In this document: piece after piece, positions 58,045 through 64,000 of the stretch
Numbering within the stretch: the first letter of the stretch is position 1
How the letters are laid out: each line of letters opens with the position of its first letter
DNA from: Octopus vulgaris
Lineage: Eukaryota
DNA length: 64,000 nt
NCBI GenBank assembly: GCA_951406725.2
Contig: OX597819.1
Span: forward strand, 74,214,001 to 74,278,000
Direction: 5' to 3'
Program-made: the position numbers and the translations under genes
Notes under the pieces: model-generated
Told to the model about the DNA's origin: nothing
Databases searched by the model: none
The model's input: the letters and a program-made list of their open reading frames with translations, nothing else

Positions 58045-58853
58045 AATGACCTGCAGGTACGCAGTATTTCGTCATGCAACCATACTATGAAATTTGCTAA
58101 ACTTTCTAAAAGTCAATACTCCGTTCTACTGTGATAGCAGTGCGATTTATCGTACTTGGTGAGGTTATCTCTACAGATATAGTATAGAAATTAACGCCAG
58201 TACTGATTTTGGTTACGACGTGTCGTATCCGAGACATCAGATATAAAAGATCGAAAAGGAAAAAGGAGTAATGAGCGATGGGCGTCCATTAACCTTTTTT
58301 CGTCTTCCATCTCATTGTTTGTTTACATTTGAAGTCTCGGATACGAAACGTAGAAGCAACAATCTATGCTGGCTCAAATTTCTATACAATACCCGTAGAG
58401 ATAACTATAGAGATAAAAAGATTAGTTATCTTTTTATATTCTCTGCCTTCCAGCCCTTAATAAATCGTTATTCATCAGTCTGCCACTTTCCAAATCCTTA
58501 AGAGATATTTATTCATAGTTGAGGAGACGTCGAAAAAATGGAAATTAAACTTTTTTCTAAATTTATGTAAATTCCCATAATAAACGTGGGAAGTAGAAAA
58601 CTTGTGATTGCTTTGCTCTGGATTTCCCCACATGTAACTACCGAAGTGTATATAAAGGAGAGAGAGTTTGTATTTATTTAAATGATTAGATGAATTCAAT
58701 GTTAGCAACGAGTGTGGGTGAACTTATAAAGGCTCTCGTAACTTTAGTTAACAAGTTTATTTTCATAACAAAATATCATAAAATGTTGAAATGTGAGTAT
58801 AGTGTTTTCTCTTGAATAACTTACGTACATCCATAACTACATTACATACATAT

Positions 58854-58925
<72 letters not shown>

Positions 58926-59240
58926 GTACACACACACACATATGCACACAAACATATATATACATGCATCAGTGCATGCATACATACATATACATGTATG
59001 TATATATGTATGTATATAATGGACATGCCTTCTGTTTCGACGTATAAGGCTCCATCAATGTACATGTACATATATATATTTATATACAGGTATATATATA
59101 CATGAATATATATATACATATATATACACACATTCATACATAAGTAAATATATATAATATATGTATATATATGTTTTTATATTTATCTATCTCTCTATCT
59201 ATCTATCTATCTATCTATCTCTCTCTCTCTCTCTCTCTCT

Positions 59241-59284
<44 letters not shown>

Positions 59285-60394
59285 TACACACACACACACA
59301 TATATGTATATGTATACACAAACACACGCACAAACACTGATTACAGTTTACGTGCAAAAGATTCGCTGACACTAATATTTTGTCTTCCTTATTAAAACTT
59401 CGAGGGTACTCTCAGATTTTTCCCTCTTCATACAAATTATTTCTCAACTAAAATCTATAGAAAATCCTTCAGTTTAACGTTAATCTGTTTTTACTTATAA
59501 ATTCACGTAAATCATATATGTCTATAAAGGTTATGAATAATATAAAATAATGTATCAATAATATAATATAAAATAATATTATAGACTGTGTGCGTGCGTG
59601 TGTGAATGTGTCGATAACCTGAAGCCACGAGATGTTTTGTTATGCAACCATAACTTACTTTAATGTTTGCTAAACGTTCTTAAAAGTCGATACCCCGTTC
59701 TATTGTGTTAGCAGTGCGCGATTTATAGCACTGATTTTTGTTACGACGTTTCGTATCCGAGAAGTCTGTTGTAAAAGATCGAAGAGAAAAAAAGAGTAGT
59801 GAGCGATGGGCGTCTATTAACCTTTTTTCATCTTCCATCTCATTCTTTGTTACCATCCGACGTCTCGGATACGATACGTCGGAACAAAATGCTGGCTCAA
59901 ATTTCTATACAATATCTGTAGAGACAACTAGAGACAAAAAGATTAGTTATCTTTTTTCATTCTTCGCCTTCCATCCCTTAACAGATCGTTATTCATCACT
60001 CTGTTCCTTTCTAAATCCTTACAAGATATTTATTCATAGTTGACGAGATATTGGAAATAAAACGAACATCTGTTATCAAATTTGAAACTAAACAACTTCC
60101 AAATTTATGTAAATTCCCATATTAAATGTAGGAAGTAGAAAACTTGTGATTGCTTTGCTACAGGATTTCCCCACATGTAACTACAGAAGTGTATATAAAT
60201 GAAAGAGAGTGAGTATTTAAATGATTAGATGAATTCAATGTTAGCAACGAGTGTGGATGAACTTATGAAAGCTCTCGTAACTTTATTTAACAAGCTTATA
60301 TTCATAACAAAATATCATAAAATGTTGAAATGTGAGTATAGTGTTTTCTCTTGAATAACTTACGTACATCCATAACTACATTACATACATATGT

Positions 60395-60444
<50 letters not shown>

Positions 60445-60675
60445 GCATCAGTGCATACATACATATATATACATATATGTATATATGTATGTATGTAAAT
60501 AATGGACATGCCTTCTGTTTCGACGTATAAGGCTCCGGCAATGTACATATTTATGTACATATATATATTTATATACATATATATACATGAATATATATAT
60601 ATGTATATACACACATTCATGCATAAGTAAATTTATATAATATATGTATCTCTATCTCTCTCTCTCTCTCTATCA

Positions 60676-60721
<46 letters not shown>

Positions 60722-60782
60722 ATATATATATATATCTCTATCTATCTATATATATATATCTATATATCTATCTATCTAACTA

Positions 60783-60854
<72 letters not shown>

Positions 60855-62123
60855 TATATATATAGATATATATATATATATACACACAGACCCAAACACT
60901 GATTACATTTTACGTGCAAAAGATTCACTGACACTAATCTTTTTGTCTTGCTTGTTAAAACTTCGAGGGTACTCTCAGATTTTCCCTCTTCATACAAATT
61001 TTTTCTCAACTAAAAACTATACAGAAATCCTTCAGTTTAACGTTAATCTGTTTTTACTTATAAATTCACGTAAATTATATATGACTATATATGTTTTGAA
61101 TAATATAAAATAACGTATCAATAATATAATATAAAATAATATTATATACATGTGTGCGTGCGTGTGTGAATGTGTTGATAACCTGAAGCCACGAGATGTT
61201 TTGTTATGCAACCATAACTTACTTTAATGTTTGCTAAACGTTCTTAAAAGTCGATACCCCGTTCTATTGTGTTAGCAGTGCGCGATTTATAGCACTGATT
61301 TTTGTTACGACGTTTCGTATCCAAGAAGTCTGTTGCAAAAGATCGAAGAGAAAAAAAGAGTAGTGAGCGATGGGCGTCTATTAACCTTTTTTCATCTTCC
61401 ATCTCATTCTTTGTTACCATCCGACGTCTCGGATACGAAACGTCGGAACAAAATGCTGGCTCAAATTTCTATACAATATCTGTAGAGATAACTAGAGACA
61501 AAAAGATTAGTTATCTTTTTGCATTCTTCGCCTTCAAGCCCTTAGTAGATTGTTATTCATCACTTTGTTCCTTTCTAAATCCTTACAAATATTTATTCAT
61601 AGTTGACGAGATATTGGAAATAAAAAGAACGTCTGCTATCAAAACTGAAACTAAGCTACTTCCAAATTTACGTAAATTCCCATATTAAATGTAGAAAGTA
61701 GAAACCTTGCGATTGCTTTGCTACAGGATTTCCCCACATGTAACTACTGAAGTGTATATAAATGAAAGAGAGTGAGTAATTGAATGCTTAGATGAATTCA
61801 ATGTTAGCAACGTGTGTGGATGAACTTATAAAGGCTCTCGTAACATTATTTAATATGTTTATTTTCATAACAAAATATGAGAAAATGTTGAAATGTGAGC
61901 ATAGTGTTTTCTCTTGAATAACGTACATACATACTACATTACATACATATGTACAGACACACACACACGCAGACACACATATATATATACATACATAAGC
62001 GCATATATACATACATATACATGTATGTATATATATATGTAGTATATAACGGACATGCCTTCTGTTTCAACGTATAAGGCTCCGGCAATGTATATATATA
62101 TGTACATATATATATATATTTAT

Positions 62124-62203
<80 letters not shown>

Positions 62204-62208
62204 GAATG

Positions 62209-62253
<45 letters not shown>

Positions 62254-62308
62254 ATGTATATGTATATATATATATATATGTGTGTATTTATATATATATA
62301 GGTATATG

Positions 62309-62362
<54 letters not shown>

Positions 62363-63250
62363 CATAATAATGAGCTAACAATCGTACTGACTTTCATGGG
62401 AAACATGTATTTTTGTGGTTGAAACCTTTTGGATTAACTGGTGCTAGAGTGAGCCATATAGTGACCACTCTCTTATATTTATTTTGTAAAAATATTATAA
62501 TATATTATAAAATATTATAATAATCCAGGTTTCTCGGAGCACTAGGCCACTTGGTGTTGAATAGATATACTATTAAATTAGTATCTAATTCTCTCACCCT
62601 TATTAATTAATTATAATTATGCTGCATTTATTTCTAAATGCTGTATTTGTTTTCCGTGAAAGTTTGGCGCGCTGTTAGTTGGGGCATTTGAATTATAACG
62701 TCGGATGTAATCAATTGAATCACACGCGTATTTATCGTTATGGTAAAATCTGGCGTGTGATTGAGTGGATTTCATCCAGATAGTTTTGGCTGACGAGCTA
62801 CAAGTGGATTTTTGTAAATTCCCATATTAAATGTAGGAAGTAGAAAACTTGTGATTGTTTTGCTAGTGGATTTCCCCACATGTAACTACTGAAGTGTATA
62901 TAAATGAAAGAGAGTGAGTAATTGAATGATTAGTTGAATTCAATGTTAGCAACGTGTGAGGATGAACTTATAAAGGCTCTCGTAACATTATTTAACATGT
63001 TTATTTTCATAACAAAATATGAGAAAATGTTCAAATGTGAGTATAGTGTTTTCTGTTAAGTAACATACATACATCCATAACTACATTACATACCTATGTA
63101 CAGACACACACATAATTACACCACCCCCCACACACACACAGATGTATATATAGATATATATATACCTACTTACCCAAAATATCAGAAAATGTTGAAATGT
63201 GAGTATAGTGTTTTCTCTTGAATAACGTACATACACGCATACATATACAC
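58045..63250. repeat. ~1.55 kb tandem repeat, 3 units plus partial
   Basis: Units begin at about 58045, 59610 and 61175; partial at ~62810-63230; diverged relative at ~52295-52490. Confidence 0.9.
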
Positions 63251-63442
63251 ATAATAATATATACGTGCATACATACATATGTATTCTTGTATATATATGT
63301 AAATATATACTTACGTATATATATACATATATATGTATATATATACATTCATATATATATCCATGTACAAATATGTGTGTACACATACATATATAAATAC
63401 ATATATATGTGTGTATATATACTTATATTTATATATATATGC

Positions 63443-63491
<49 letters not shown>

Positions 63492-63605
63492 TATATATAT
63501 ATGCCATTAAACAAAATGATGGATTCACATCACCTCATTACAACTGTTTCCAGTGTATTTCTTTAACAGATGAAAGTTCCTATCGGCTTTGAATCCTTTG
63601 TGTTG

Positions 63606-63703
<98 letters not shown>

Positions 63704-63779
63704 CATATATATATATCCTGTTATTTTTTCATTCTTTTATGTGTTTCAATCCAATGACTGTGTCCATGTTGCAACACCG

Positions 63780-64000
63780 CTATTGTAATCATCTTTCCAT
63801 TTTCCATCTTTATCGGAGTGTCTTTTGGTGAAGGATGGAGTTCGATGTTACTGCCCTTTTCTTAGTTTCTTGCCTAGTTATTGGCTGATCCGGGATCTCG
63901 GTAAGCCAGAGGTCAAGTTCGCGTTTGAAAATGTCTACATCCACTCCGTGAAGGCTCCTCAGATGCTTCGGTAGACAGTTAAACAGCTGTGACCCCATGA
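63780..64000 (-). mobile_element. CR1/L2-group LINE ORF2 3' end, related to 55614-56285, running off the window
   Basis: GSQLFNCLPKHLRSLHGVDVDIFKRELDLWLTEIPDQP resembles GPQLFNILSKNLRDLHGVDTDVFKMKLDLFLSGVPDEP. Confidence 0.8.

Overview
AT-rich, microsatellite-saturated animal genomic DNA. The tRNA-derived SINE families and (TA)n/(TATG)n/(TAA)n load look like a cephalopod (Octopus-like) genome; this is inference. Positions ~770-51624 are a tandem array of ~12-15.5 kb units. Reading splice signals on the minus strand, the array carries copies of a compact 5-exon gene (intron phases 1,0,0,0) encoding a ~230-aa secreted protein with the layout of a long-chain four-helix class I cytokine (IL-6/G-CSF/GH-like). 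Its promoter has a TATA box, an NF-kB site and a STAT site. Two copies are intact (A 9252-14068, B 21662-26113), one is frameshifted (C 36795-41624), a fourth runs off the left edge (exon 1 at 1323-1332), and an orphan 3' flank ends the array. Nearly all long ORFs in the supplied track are microsatellite artefacts. The rest is mobile DNA: Penelope-like (GIY-YIG) pieces with hammerhead-like motifs and inverted arms inside (TA)n tracts, a mariner relic, LINE 3' ends, SINEs and a Helitron-like element. A ~1.55 kb tandem repeat carrying a ~155 nt hairpin lies near the right end. All calls were made by eye; no database searches were run.
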